Positions 1 through 11,641 of a stretch of DNA of 35,507 bases are shown piece after piece. Under the pieces are notes generated by a model. It saw nothing but the letters and a program-made list of their open reading frames with translations, was not told where the DNA came from and searched no databases. Source of the DNA: Octopus sinensis (Eukaryota). How positions within the stretch are numbered: the stretch's first letter is position 1; every line of letters starts with the position of its first letter. The position numbers were made by a program, and so were the translations under genes. Where the stretch lies: positions 1 through 35,507 of the forward strand of contig NW_021832917.1 of the NCBI RefSeq assembly GCF_006345805.1, given 5' to 3'.

Positions 1-132
1 CTAATTTTTTTCAATACTTACGATGATTGAAAGATGTAATTGAATGGATTAATTAGGCATGGTGGTGTGGATAAGACGCTCGTTTTAAAGCGCGAATTGT
101 GGAGTTCAGTTCAATGCCTTCAGAGTGAATTA

Positions 133-154
133 GTGTATGTGTGTGTGTGTGTGT

Positions 155-209
<55 letters not shown>

Positions 210-220
210 CGTGCATGCGT
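133..220. repeat. (GT)n microsatellite
   Basis: Long GT dinucleotide run; it produces the VCVC translation of ORF 40..282. Confidence 0.95.
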
Positions 221-231
221 GCGTATTTATC

Positions 232-425
232 TTTTACTTGTTTTCCTCATTGAACTGCAGCCATGCTGGGAACCGCCTGTAAGGATTTAGTCGAACAAAT
301 CGGCTTTCATCCTACTTATTCAATCGGTCTCTTTTTTTATCAAACTGCTATGTTATGGGTATTTAAATAAACCGACACCGGAGGCAGGGGACAAACATAG
401 ACACAGTCATAAACACAAAGAGAAA
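232..425 (-). mobile_element. 3' half of tRNA-SINE family A (diverged)
   Basis: Reverse complement resembles the tail of the full copy at 21183-21580 (agcatggc-gcagt...aatga, ctaagtt, ccggtgt, tgtttgtccc). Confidence 0.65.
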
Positions 426-448
426 CACATACATATACATACATAATG

Positions 449-488
<40 letters not shown>

Positions 489-774
489 TATATACACTAT
501 CGAACAGTGAGAACGAGTCCTCAACACCGCAATGGTGATTAATTATTCTTTATTTGTGGATATCAAGGTGACTACCTTATTTCATCCTGCAATGAGTTCT
601 TCAGTGACAGATATCTAGCAGCGGTATCACATCTTTCTTTGATGATTATACCATGGTGTAATCATCAATTAAAGCTGTGATTTTCTGCATCCACGTGGTG
701 GGAAAGCAAGCTTCTTACCACATCTATGTATGTATGTATGTATATACACATACACATATATATAGGTATGCATG

Positions 775-995
775 TTTGTGTCTGTGTATATGTTTTTGTG
801 CTATTGTCCTCTTCCATTGCTTGACAACCGGTGTTGCTTTGTTTATGTCCGCGAAACTTAGTGGCTCGGCCGAACGACTGATACCATAAGAACCAAGCTT
901 AAAGAATAAGTATTGGCGTCAGTCTGTTCGACGAAAACCATTCACAGTGATGCTCCGGCATGGCCGTGGTTCAATGACCGAAAAAGTTTAAAGAT
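775..995 (+). mobile_element. 3' half of tRNA-SINE family A (diverged)
   Basis: ttgacaaccggtgttg...aacttag...aaagaataagt...gctccggcatggccgtggttcaatgaccgaaa matches 21410-21570. Confidence 0.75.
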
Positions 996-1777
996 AAAAT
1001 ATGTAACTTAGTAATTATACAATTCGCATTGCAACTTTTTTTAAACTCTAAACACTGCTTACAGATTAATCGTTGCGGGAGAAGTGAGATGCTTTCAGGT
1101 AAGATTTGGCTGCTATTTCTACCATAACCGATCGACCGCGTATAACCCTGCTTCGTTGCTCTACTTTTAGTAACCTCTCTTATAGTACTTTGTTTGTAAG
1201 TCATTATGATGAATAAAAAAATGATTTAAAAAAAAACAAAAAAGGAGAGAGAAGAGAGAGAAGGAGAGCGAGAGAGAACTCAAACCCAACAAACAAGCAG
1301 ATAAAAAGTAAGAAATACTGACCACTGGACCTGTTGGGAAATTGCTGTCCCAACATCATTGCTTAAGTTGTCAAAGCAATTATTCAAATTGTCGCTCGTT
1401 CTTGTCGTTCGTTTCAATAGACTTATGTTTCTTATTATTGTTGTTATTATTATTATTGTTGTTGTTGTTGTTGTTGTTGTCATTATTTTTGCTATTGTTG
1501 TTACTGTCGTTGCTGTGGTTTTGTCATCCAGTGATGTATGTCTTCGAGATATAATATGTCAACAAAGGAAAGAAAAGTTACAATAAGGGATGAAAATGGC
1601 GATAACGAGTGGATAAAGACAAAAAAAAAAAAAAAAAAAACAGACAACAAAAAGGAGACAAAAAGCAATGGAGATTAAAAGTTGTTATTTGTTGTTCAGG
1701 GTACGACGGAGTTACCAAGCAAATACCGTAAAAGGCTCAATAGATATTTGTGTTTACAATATATCGAGTTGTTGTTG

Positions 1778-1809
<32 letters not shown>

Positions 1810-1962
1810 GGTGGTGGTGGGAGAGGGTGTTGTCGTGACGGTGATGGCAAATCGAATACGGTCGACTCATGTCAATCAGACGTAAACTTTGGGAATTAGG
1901 AAATAAACACAATTATATATAAATTCACATACACACACACAACACACACACACAACACACAC

Positions 1963-1998
<36 letters not shown>

Positions 1999-2041
1999 AC
2001 ACTCACCCAATACACACACACGCACACACATAAGGCTTTGC

Positions 2042-3249
2042 ATTAGGTTAGAAAGAAAGACCTGTCGCATTTTTGACATGATCATTTTCAGGGTACTTTT
2101 CAATACTTACGGTAAGATAAGCATCGATTTTTACATTCTAATTTTTGTCTTCTTTCTTTGCAGCTTACTTTCTACTGAAGTGGTAAAAATTCTTAGCGAT
2201 TCTACTCTTGTGAAATGAGTTTAGATCCGACCCATACCAGACGCTGCTTGTTCCATGAATTCAAAAGGAGCGTCCTTCAGCAATGGAAACGCCAAGAAAT
2301 ATCCGTTCCGTCTAGGAGAATGCAGCTTTAAGTATCCGAACATACCAACGGTGGATTAGTCAGCTTCACTCGGGAAATCATTCTCTCGTAGATTTCCCTA
2401 GATCCGGACGACAAAGTGTTGTCAATATTAAAGTCTCTGAAAATAGTTGAGCAGAATTCAAAGCAAACCGCGTGGAAATTAGCGAAACGGTCAACGAAAC
2501 TAATTAGCGAAAATTAGCGAAACAAGTAACACTCCGATTGTAAAACAACTTAATGGAAATTGAGTAGACTTGGTTAGTGGGGGTCTCATTATCTGACTCC
2601 TTCTCGGCTTAATTAAAGCGTTGCCCTCTGTTCAGCATTGAAGGGTAGTTTCGTTACTCAATCTTTCCTGGGTAGAATTACCACAAGTGATGAAAAATGG
2701 TTTCTCTATAACTACATCCTGTGAAAACGACAATGGTCGGCAGCCAATGAAAAAGAAGAATCCACTCCAAACTCGAAAAAGTTCCGCTCATTACGCTCTG
2801 TGTTTGGCAGGACATGAAGCTGTCTACCATGAAGTATCAAGCCAAAACGAAACAGTTAATGTGTGAAAGTGTTGTCGACAAAATGGAGGAGTTGCACAAA
2901 ACTTTGAAGGAAAAGCAGCCATGTTACACGACAATGCAATACTACATGTTGCCCAGGTCATTCAGAAAATATTATTGTATCAGATATGGAAGTTTTGCCT
3001 CATCTTCTTTACTCTCCTGACCTTGTCCCATCTGTCATCTTTTGTTTTAATTGGGAAATCATTAAAATTATATAGTTTCTTTACAACAAAACACTGAACA
3101 ATTTTACGCCTGAGGTATCAACAGATGGGATTCTGTTATCAATAATGATGAAAAATATTATCATGATTAAATATATCAATTAAAACCAAAGGAGTATTTG
3201 GTTCTTTTCAATGTTGAAATGCGACTGTAATTTTGTTTTCCCACCTAAT
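2042..3249 (+). mobile_element. Decayed mariner (DD34D) DNA transposon with degenerate TIRs
   Basis: Left end attaggttagaaagaaagacctgtcgcattt; right end reverse complement attaggtgggaaaacaaaattacagtcgcattt. A transposase remnant lies between them; total about 1.2 kb. Confidence 0.85.
2215..3170 (+). pseudogene. Mariner transposase pseudogene
   Basis: Manual translation across stops and frameshifts: RRCLFHEFK, LSIRTYQRW...DFPRSGR (HTH region), WGSHYLT (WVPHEL-like), FLGRITTSDEKW (2689), LCVWQD, LHDNAILHVA (2924), EVLPHLLYSPDLVPSV (3010). Second D to third catalytic position is 104 nt, i.e. 34 residues with a 1-nt deletion; the third D is lost. Confidence 0.92.
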
Positions 3250-3449
3250 TGAATTTATTTCAGTCTTCCTGATACACGCTGTGTTGAGCATGAAATATTT
3301 ATTATTTTATTAATGAAGAAGTGTCAATAGTACAAATATGCAAATTAAACAATCCACTGCAGTAACAGTTTAATTTTTTATTGCTGTATATCGTAACTGA
3401 ATATTTTTATGTGTTATTCTTATGCCATTATTGTTACTTTGTAGTAGTT

Positions 3450-4590
3450 TTCTATTTCTAACGGAATCGCCCTTCCTCTTTATGTCCATGATTGGTATAT
3501 CCTATCTGTATAAACTCTGGAGTAGACTATATGGAACATCGGTAGTAGTTTCTTATTTTCTTTTTGCCTGTGCTCTTAAAGTCTCTTAACTGCCAATTTC
3601 GCCACTGTGTTTAAATCTGTTATCTCTTATTTTAGCTTCGAGTTCAGAATTTTATTTTATTACGGCTCTTTTGTAACTCTCTTTTCTAATTTTCCTTTAC
3701 ATATTTGTGTATTGCATATTATTAGCTTTATTTACTGATATTCTAAATAATGATTGTTCTAATCTAACCCTCTGATGTTGATATCTGTATTTTATGCAAT
3801 GTTTACGGTTTTAGTTAACATCCGTCTACATTATATCTAAACCTATACACGTTTTTATAACTTGGATAAAATTTAAGAACAATTTTAGTATTTCTTAGTG
3901 TTTCATAATATCCTTTGTGAATATTTAAAAGCAATCTGATGATTTATAGTTTGTTCGTAGCTTTTAAAACCATTTGAGTTTCATTCATCACATTTGAACA
4001 TCAGAGAAGATAGTGTCTCTCCCTAGAAAATTCTTTTAGTAGAACGCTGATTTTCATATTATTCTCTTTGTCTTGAAGTATTGCTTTTTCTTCCAATTTT
4101 GACATGCATAGTTCAAGAAAACTGTCAATATTATCGCAAACCTAACGTTTGCGATGTTTGTGTATTTTTGGCATCCAAGAGAATGAAATACCATGAAATA
4201 ATTTTCAATATCAATCTAGACTATACTAAGATTTGTATTGCTTTTGCCGCCTTCTACAATACTTCGGTTTTCCAGTAACTTCTCTTTACGGCTTTTCCCC
4301 GAATCCATTCTACTTTTCCAGAAACATGTTATTATTGCTCATCAAATGAGTAAGAACCCTACTGAATGTAAGTTAAAGTATCCATGTCTTTGCCAACAAG
4401 GTTATAAAACTATCACTTTAGAAGTTTAAGGTATCTTTGCTTTGGAGAAAAATAGTGTTTTCTTCCCGACAGCTATTTAGGTGTTGATTCCAGTTCAGTG
4501 CTTAAATTCCAGCTGTCTTTTCACCAAGGGTATTGGTTCAATAGTTCGACAAGAGATTGAGGATCTTGTCAATTCCAGGAGCTTTCTAGT
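3450..4590 (-). mobile_element. Decayed non-LTR retrotransposon RT, R4/Dong-like
   Basis: Minus-strand motifs in the expected order: KAPGIDKI (4562-4585), KLLENRSIVEGGKSNTNLSIV*ID (ends 4210), KRIF*GETLSSLMF (3996-4037, equivalent to RGIFQGDSLSPLLF), ILNSKL, KKLLPMFHIVYSRVYTDRIY...RGR (equivalent to KLLTMH..HPKSDVDRLY..GGRG). Confidence 0.8.
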
Positions 4591-4937
4591 TGCTGTTTTA
4601 ATGTATGAATGAGTTTCATACTCATGGAGCTATAACATATATGTGTGTGTGAGTCTTTGTGTCTGTGTGTGTGTGCCTGTATGTGTATGTATGCATGTAT
4701 GGATGTATGAATGCATAAATGTATATATATATAATATAAAATGTAGTGTTCATTTGTTGATAAGATCTACAAAAAAGCACTCAGTTCAGCAAAGATAATT
4801 TAATGGCTGCATGAGTTTTACATGACCTACTTTAAGTTTTATGCACGGACACTGGAATATGGAAAGCATGGAACTTAAAGTAGCTCAGGTTTAATTTCTG
4901 TTTCATTAAATGATATATATATACACATATATACATA

Positions 4938-5220
4938 GGCGCAGGAGTGGCTGTGTGGTAAGTAGCTTTCTAACCAACCACATGGTTCCGGGTTGAGTCC
5001 CACTGCGTGGCATCTTGGGCGAGTGTCTTCTGCTATAGCCCCGGGCCGACCAATGCCTTGTGAGTGGATTTGGTAGACGGAAACTGAAAGAAGCCTGTCG
5101 TATATATGCATATATATATAAGTGTGTGTCTGTGTTTGTCCCCCTAGCATTGCTTGACAACCGATGCTGGCGTGCTTACGTCCCCGTCACTTAGCGGTCG
5201 GCAAAAGAGAGCGATAGAAA
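4938..5220 (+). mobile_element. tRNA-SINE family A, 3'-truncated
   Basis: A-box-like tggctgtgtggtaag, B-box-like gggttgagtcc, central cttgggcgagtg motif; near-identical to 21183-21470. Confidence 0.9.
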
Positions 5221-5234
5221 ATGACCGATATTAC

Positions 5235-5403
5235 TTGTTTCAGTCATTTGACTGTCGCCATATTGGAACAACCGACCCCAGAACTTATTCTTTGATTACC
5301 TCGTACTTATTCTATCGCCCTGTTTTGACAAGCCGCTAAGTTACCAGGACGTAACCAGACCAACACCGGTTGTCAAACGTGTACGGGGGACAAACACAGA
5401 CAC

Positions 5404-5410
<7 letters not shown>
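5235..5410 (-). mobile_element. tRNA-SINE family A 3' half, inverted relative to the previous copy
   Basis: gtttcagtcatttgactg...ttattctatcg...ccgctaagtt...accggttgtcaa...ggggacaaacacagacac is the reverse complement of the family tail. Confidence 0.85.
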
Positions 5411-5479
<69 letters not shown>

Positions 5480-5481
<2 letters not shown>

Positions 5482-5895
5482 CATATGGTGATCTCATATT
5501 AAGGTCAACAGCACATGACCTTGCAGATCATGAGAAATTAGAATTTTTTTCATCCTGCTCAAAAGGTCCTTGAATAAGGTCTGCTTAAGGATGTTGAACA
5601 AAACACCCATGTTTCCAAAGGTGAATTATTCAAGCCCCAAAGAATCCCTATCAACACATGGTCATCATGCTCCCCCACTACTCCTGCTCATGAACAGAGA
5701 TGCACATATCGTCAACTACTAAGGGACATGCTCAATTGGTTATGGTCAAACAACTGACAAGCAAATCTGTGGTATTGAGCAGAATATTTGCTGTAGCCCA
5801 TCTTTTATACCATGACAAAACAATGTACATGATAACACTTCCAATCAGTTAAGATCAGAAGCCACGAGAGCCACTGTCTGGTACTGCATCAGGCC

Positions 5896-5958
<63 letters not shown>

Positions 5959-5960
5959 CA

Positions 5961-5998
<38 letters not shown>

Positions 5999-6007
5999 TA
6001 TTTATTA

Positions 6008-6038
<31 letters not shown>
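5480..6038 (+). mobile_element. Probable 3' end of an unclassified non-LTR retroposon with (ATT)n tail
   Basis: About 420 bp of complex sequence ending tggtactgcatcagg and running directly into a 140-bp (ATT)n tail; no coding motif recognised. Confidence 0.4.
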
Positions 6039-6039
6039 C

Positions 6040-6256
6040 CAGTTCTATATTTAAAGAGTGAGGATTATGTACATTATTTACTACGGCGTAGTGGTTAAGA
6101 GCGCGGGCTACTAACCCCAAGTTTCCGAGTTCGATTCCAGGCAGTGACCTGATAATAATATAATATAATAATATAATAATAATATATATAATAACAACAA
6201 CAACAACAACAACAACAATATAATAACAATAATAATAAAACAACAACAACAACAAC

Positions 6257-6301
<45 letters not shown>

Positions 6302-6480
6302 CATAATAATAATAATGATAATAATAATAAAAAATAATAACATCGAAAAATACCTTAGGAATGAGAACTCAGGTTCAAAATTTCCCCAAGACACCTCATG
6401 AAGGCTGCACCAGAAACGTTGTGTTAACAACAAACAAGATGAGGACAAATATCCGTCAAATGTAAATAGTATATATAATG
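6040..6480 (+). mobile_element. Composite element: tRNA-like head + (AAT/AAC)n + hammerhead-bearing tail
   Basis: A box tagtggttaagagc (6089-6102), anticodon-like arm ggg-ctactaa-ccc, B box gttcgattcc (6129-6138), simple-repeat spacer, then hammerhead fold at 6390-6425. Confidence 0.65.
6390..6425 (+). ncRNA. Degenerate minimal type-I hammerhead ribozyme (likely inactive copy)
   Basis: Stem I GACAC(6390-94)/GTGTT(6421-25), core CTCATGA (G5>C), extra A, collapsed stem II, GAA-ACGT-T (palindromic stem III, GUU triplet). Confidence 0.6.
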
Positions 6481-6508
6481 TAACAATAATTATTATTATC
6501 ATTGTTTA

Positions 6509-6720
6509 GGCGGCGAGCTGGTAGAATCGTTAGCACGCTGGGTGAAATGCTTAGCAGTATTACGTCCGTCTTCATGTTCTGAGTTCAAATTCCGCCGAGG
6601 TCGACTTTATCTTTCATCGTTTCGGGGTCGATAAATTAAGTACCAGTGAAACACTGGGGATCGATGTAAATCGACTATCCCCCTACCCCAAATGTTCAGG
6701 CCTTGTATCCGCAGTAGAAA
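6509..6720 (+). mobile_element. tRNA-SINE family B
   Basis: ggcgagctggtagaatcgttagc head, gagttcaaattcc B box, body gaggtcgacttt...tttcggggtcgataaattaagtaccagt (resembles RTE 5'UTR-type middle domains); other copies occur in the window. Confidence 0.9.
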
Positions 6721-7524
6721 TTATTATTATTATCATCATCATCATCATCATTGTTTAACGGCTGATGATTCACTCTGAAGCAACTCGGATTCTACGGATT
6801 TGATCATACATATATACATACATACATGCATATATACACACATATAAATCCTTTAACATGGATTGAGTACTCTTATCGTCATTTATACAGGCACTAACAT
6901 ATATATGTATATGTATGTCCGTATTTATCTATTATATGGAGGTATATGCTTTTATTTTTGGTAGTAGCAGTATTGTATTGCATGTTTATATGTGGCTATT
7001 TTGTTGGTATTGTTGTTGCAACAGCAAACGAAATTCGTAGGATTTTGAAATATTACACACCAAGCAATGCCGTTGGCGTTCATTTTTTTCTAATAAATAT
7101 AATAAATAATGGGTTTTAAATAACACATTAATCAAATAAGGAAACGAAAAGGATTTTTTTTTCTTTAAGGAAAAGACGGGCTGAGATTAGATCTCCCATT
7201 TTTCTGGATTTTGTATGTTTTAAGTTTTTTTCAATAGTAAATAAATTATACGACAGCTATGCGTTATTGAATATCGTGATTTAGGCTATCACGCAATGAT
7301 TTTTGTACCGAGATATGAATGAATTATATATATATTATATATATAGATAATATATAATATATAATTATTGTGTTGGTGTGGTGTGTGTGTGTGTATATAT
7401 ATGTATGTATGTATGTATGTATATGTATATATTTATATATGTATGTATGTTTGTATGTTTGTATGCATGTATGCCTGTATAAATATTTATATATACTTGC
7501 GCACACAGTGATATATACCAAGAA

Positions 7525-7649
<125 letters not shown>

Positions 7650-7885
7650 ATAAAAGAGAGAGGAAGAACGAAAGTAACGAAAGAAGAAACGTGGAAAAGC
7701 AACATGGAAAATAGGGAAGATAGAAATATGGTGGAGCTGAGGTGAGCGAGAAGAAAAGAAAGAAAGAAAGAAAGAAGGAAAGAAAGAAAGAAAGTAAGAA
7801 AGAAAGAGTGGATGAAGACATTGAAGAAAATGATACGAGGAAAAACAAAAAGACAACAAAGGAAACGAAGCAGTAGAAAATAGAC

Positions 7886-7922
<37 letters not shown>
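7886..7922. repeat. (TAG)n microsatellite
   Basis: Perfect trinucleotide run. Confidence 0.95.
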
Positions 7923-8720
7923 CTTGACAAATAAATGAATAAAACTGAGTGTAAAACGAAATAAGATAAAATAAAATGATAGAAAATAAAAACTGAAGTG
8001 AAATGATCATGATCAACGTGAGGTCAGCGAAAGGCTTTCCGCCAGCAAATTAGTTAGACTATGCATATAATTATATCTCGATAGTGTTCCGATGAGCGTT
8101 AGATTAATTGACAGTAATCTGGATGGGTGCCATATTGAAGACGAAAAGAAAATGAGAAGCCTTAGAAGAAACAGAGACGGAGGGCGAGATAGAGTGAGAA
8201 GCAGAGAGAGAGAGAGAGATAGAGATAGAGAGAGCGAGAGTCAGTTTATTTGACACATGATACCATCAATAAGCCATATTCAGTGCTCAACGCCTTCACT
8301 TGTTATCAATACAATGTCTTGTTTTCATAAGAAACACTGAGTGAAATATAAAAATAAAATGGCGAACAAATTTGTACGTCTATTATTTCATAACGAGGTT
8401 TTAGTTACATTCCATTAAAGAAGCAAGTTTGAATTCTATTGGTTTATCTGTTTGTTTATTAGTTTGTTTATTTGCTTCTTTGGTTATTTGCTTACTTGTT
8501 GATATTATTTGTCTTTTCTTTTGCCTTTTGTTACAAATTATGTTGTTGCTTGGTAAATGTAAGTATATGAGCGTTTGTGTTTCAATATGTGTGTGAGTTT
8601 GTATGTGTATATGTATGCGTATATTTATGCTGTCAACCCATTTCTCTCTTTCTTTCTCTCTCTCTTCTCTCTCTCTTTCTCTCTCTCTCTATATATGTAT
8701 GTGTATATATGTGAGTGTGT

Positions 8721-8754
<34 letters not shown>

Positions 8755-8794
8755 ATCTTATATGTATATATATATGTATATACATGTGTGTATA

Positions 8795-9141
8795 TATGAG
8801 GAGGACACCTCCTTCGGTCATGAAAGACCATGGGATTGCACCTAGAAAGTTACCCTCCGAGGCACAAGTCCGGACAAGGTTGTTTGTGGAAGGCCAGCAG
8901 TCGCCCATGCATACCAGCCTCCCCTCTCCGCACCACTGATATTATCCAAGGGAAAGGCAAAGGCTGATACAGCTTGGCACCAGTGATGTCACAACTCATT
9001 TCTACATCTGCGTTAACCGGAGTAATGTGAAATAAAGTGTCTTACTCAAGAACACAACACGCAGCCCGGTCCGGTAATCGAAAACTCACATCCTCACGAT
9101 CGTAAGCTCGACGCTCTAACTACTGAGCCATGCGTCTTCAC
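8795..9141 (-). mobile_element. tRNA-SINE family C, near full length
   Basis: Minus strand: gtgaagacgcatggctcagtagttagagcg (A box), ttcgattaccgg (B-box-like), gttcttgagtaagacacttt conserved central-domain motif; related copy at 31140-31327. Confidence 0.85.
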
Positions 9142-9161
9142 TATATATGATATATATATAT

Positions 9162-9231
<70 letters not shown>

Positions 9232-9245
9232 AATAGAGAGAGGGG

Positions 9246-9387
9246 GGAAATTTATCTGTAAAATAATATATGACAATTATTCAATAGCCAAGATGAAACT
9301 CCGAGTTTCGGATGCCGAAGTGGAAAACTCGAAGTTTTATCTTGGCTATTTGAATAATTGTCACATTATTTTTACAGATAAATTTCC
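9246..9387. repeat. Inverted repeat, ~64-bp arms, 13-nt spacer
   Basis: ggaaatttatctgtaaaataat...aactccgagtttc (9246-9309) pairs with gaaaactcgaag...cagataaatttcc (9323-9387). Confidence 0.9.
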
Positions 9388-9443
9388 TCTATTTGCATAA
9401 TATTGAGGTCTCCTTCTTTCTTTTGTTATCTCACCGTTTTTAA

Positions 9444-9485
<42 letters not shown>

Positions 9486-10289
9486 TAGATAGATAGATAG
9501 ATAACTTTCTTTTATCAGCCACACAGGGCTGAATACAGAGGGGACAATACAAATGCAGAGCTTTTCTTTTCGAGGGTGGAAAAATAAGAAAATATATATA
9601 TATATATAGATAGATAGATAGATAGATACATACATACATACATACATACATACATACATACATACATACATACATACATACATACATTTCATATTGAAAG
9701 CAGGACTCTGTATGAGTTTATGAAGTTCTTGAAATATTGATAAAGGATTTAGTAAATTCCACTATTCCAGACTGCAAGGAAATCTTTTGCTAACAAGAGA
9801 AAAAAACATCACGAAAACCAGAAAAGTAGACCACGTTCGCAACACACTCTCCCTGTGTGTACAATTACACACAACACCTGTGATCACAACTCTGAATGGA
9901 TTTAGCTGGAATTGAACCAGAATTAACACTATAAACATGTTAATCCATGCCAAATATGAAACACAACCTACTTCTTGAAATACTAAGCAATTACTTTGTA
10001 TGCTAGACTTGTTCATACGAACATACATACATACCTTACATAAAACCTAATACCTGTGTAGTAAGCAGTGAAATACAAATGGTGTACGTGTACTGTAACG
10101 TCCTACTAAGAACATTACATCGTAGGTGAGGACCAATATACTAACTTTCTGATAGTATTTATGTGTAAAATGTTCTTGAAAAACCCATGTAAAACTGCAT
10201 TTAGGGTATATGTACATTATTATGAAATGCAATGTCTAATGTAGATTTGGGTTACATCCCTAAACTGTCCCATTTTATAGATGCAAATA

Positions 10290-10365
10290 TAAAAAAATAC
10301 TCAGAAATCCGAAAAAAAAAAAAATCCGAAAACGGCAACACTTTCGGATAAGAGATTCTCAACTG
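10290..10365 (-). mobile_element. Tigger/pogo-like terminal fragment
   Basis: Reverse complement cagttgagaatctcttatccgaaa resembles the Tigger/MER2-type TIR CAGGTTGAGTATCCCTTATCCGAAA; the partner end was not found. Confidence 0.55.
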
Positions 10366-11078
10366 AAGTGAATATTTCATAAAATTTAGAAGAGTTTACA
10401 GAAAAATCGAAACTGCGACACCCAAATTTGAACCACTTATCGTAGAGTGACAAAAGTCAATATTGCTAAATAGTGAGTCTGTTCTACCATTTCTACAGTT
10501 ATTGTTGACAGCAGAAGCGCCGCCATCCCCTACGAGGACGTCGTTCACTACTAAAAACAGTACAACTGCAGCCACTGTGAAAAATGACAGATAGTATCGA
10601 CAGATTTCACAGTCATTAAATGCTTTGATTGTATTTTAGTAAGACCATCTTTTACGAAACAATATCACTATCAACACACACGCCGATAAACACAGTGTCG
10701 CACTCACACACGTTACTATTAACATACACGCATGCATCAAGACATACACATTAACACACACCAACGCACATACAAAACAATGTGTTAACAATATTGTCTT
10801 TGATAAAAAAAAAAAAGGAGAACGAAAGAAAAGAAAGATGAAAAGAATCCAACTTAATCAGAATTTGTTACGTATGCGGGTGAGTGAGGAGATCAAAACA
10901 CACTCTAACGCTAATCAGAACTGATGTATGTATATATGATGTCCATACATACATGGGTAATTGTATTGTATGCATATGTTCCTACGTATGCACGCGTATA
11001 CAGATGTATTTTTGTGCGGGGGTGCATAATTATATAATTATATATATATATATAGATATATATATATTATATATATAT

Positions 11079-11112
<34 letters not shown>

Positions 11113-11353
11113 ATAATGATAAGTATGTATATATAATATATAATAATTATATATATGTATGTATATGTATATATGTATATATGTATATATGTATATACAC
11201 ATATAGATACACATATATACATATATATATGTAGCTTATATACGCACATATATATAGATAGATATGTACATATATGTGTGCGAATTATTTATATATCTGT
11301 GTATATATATATATATGTATATATATATGTATATATATGTATTCTCTATATAG

Positions 11354-11384
<31 letters not shown>

Positions 11385-11588
11385 TATATATTATAGATAT
11401 ATATATATATATATATATATGTACTCTACGTACGTACGTATTTGTATGTATGTATGTATGTATGTATGTGATGTATGTATGTAGGGTATGTATGTATTTG
11501 TGTGTCTGCATGGCGTATATTTATATGCAGGTATATAACAAGGCGGAGCTAGTGTGTCTACCTACATGTGCGCATATGTTGGTGAATG

Positions 11589-11641
11589 AGTGAATGAGTG
11601 AGTGAGTGAGTGAGTGAGTGAGTGAGTGAGTGAGTGAGTGG
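11589..11641. repeat. (GAGT)n microsatellite
   Basis: Tetranucleotide run. Confidence 0.95.

Noticed and set aside
8-22. 15-bp identity (ttttcaatacttacg) with the mariner 5' region at 2097-2111
   Set aside because: Similarity does not extend; AT-rich chance match or an uninformative fragment at the window edge.
1065-1098. 34-nt micro-exon with CAG acceptor and CAG|GTAAGA donor
   Set aside because: The donor overlaps the aagatttggctgctatttcta repeat motif also seen near 20678-20697; no partner exons found.
6081-6150. tRNA gene with ACT anticodon
   Set aside because: No acceptor-stem pairing; behaves as a SINE head.
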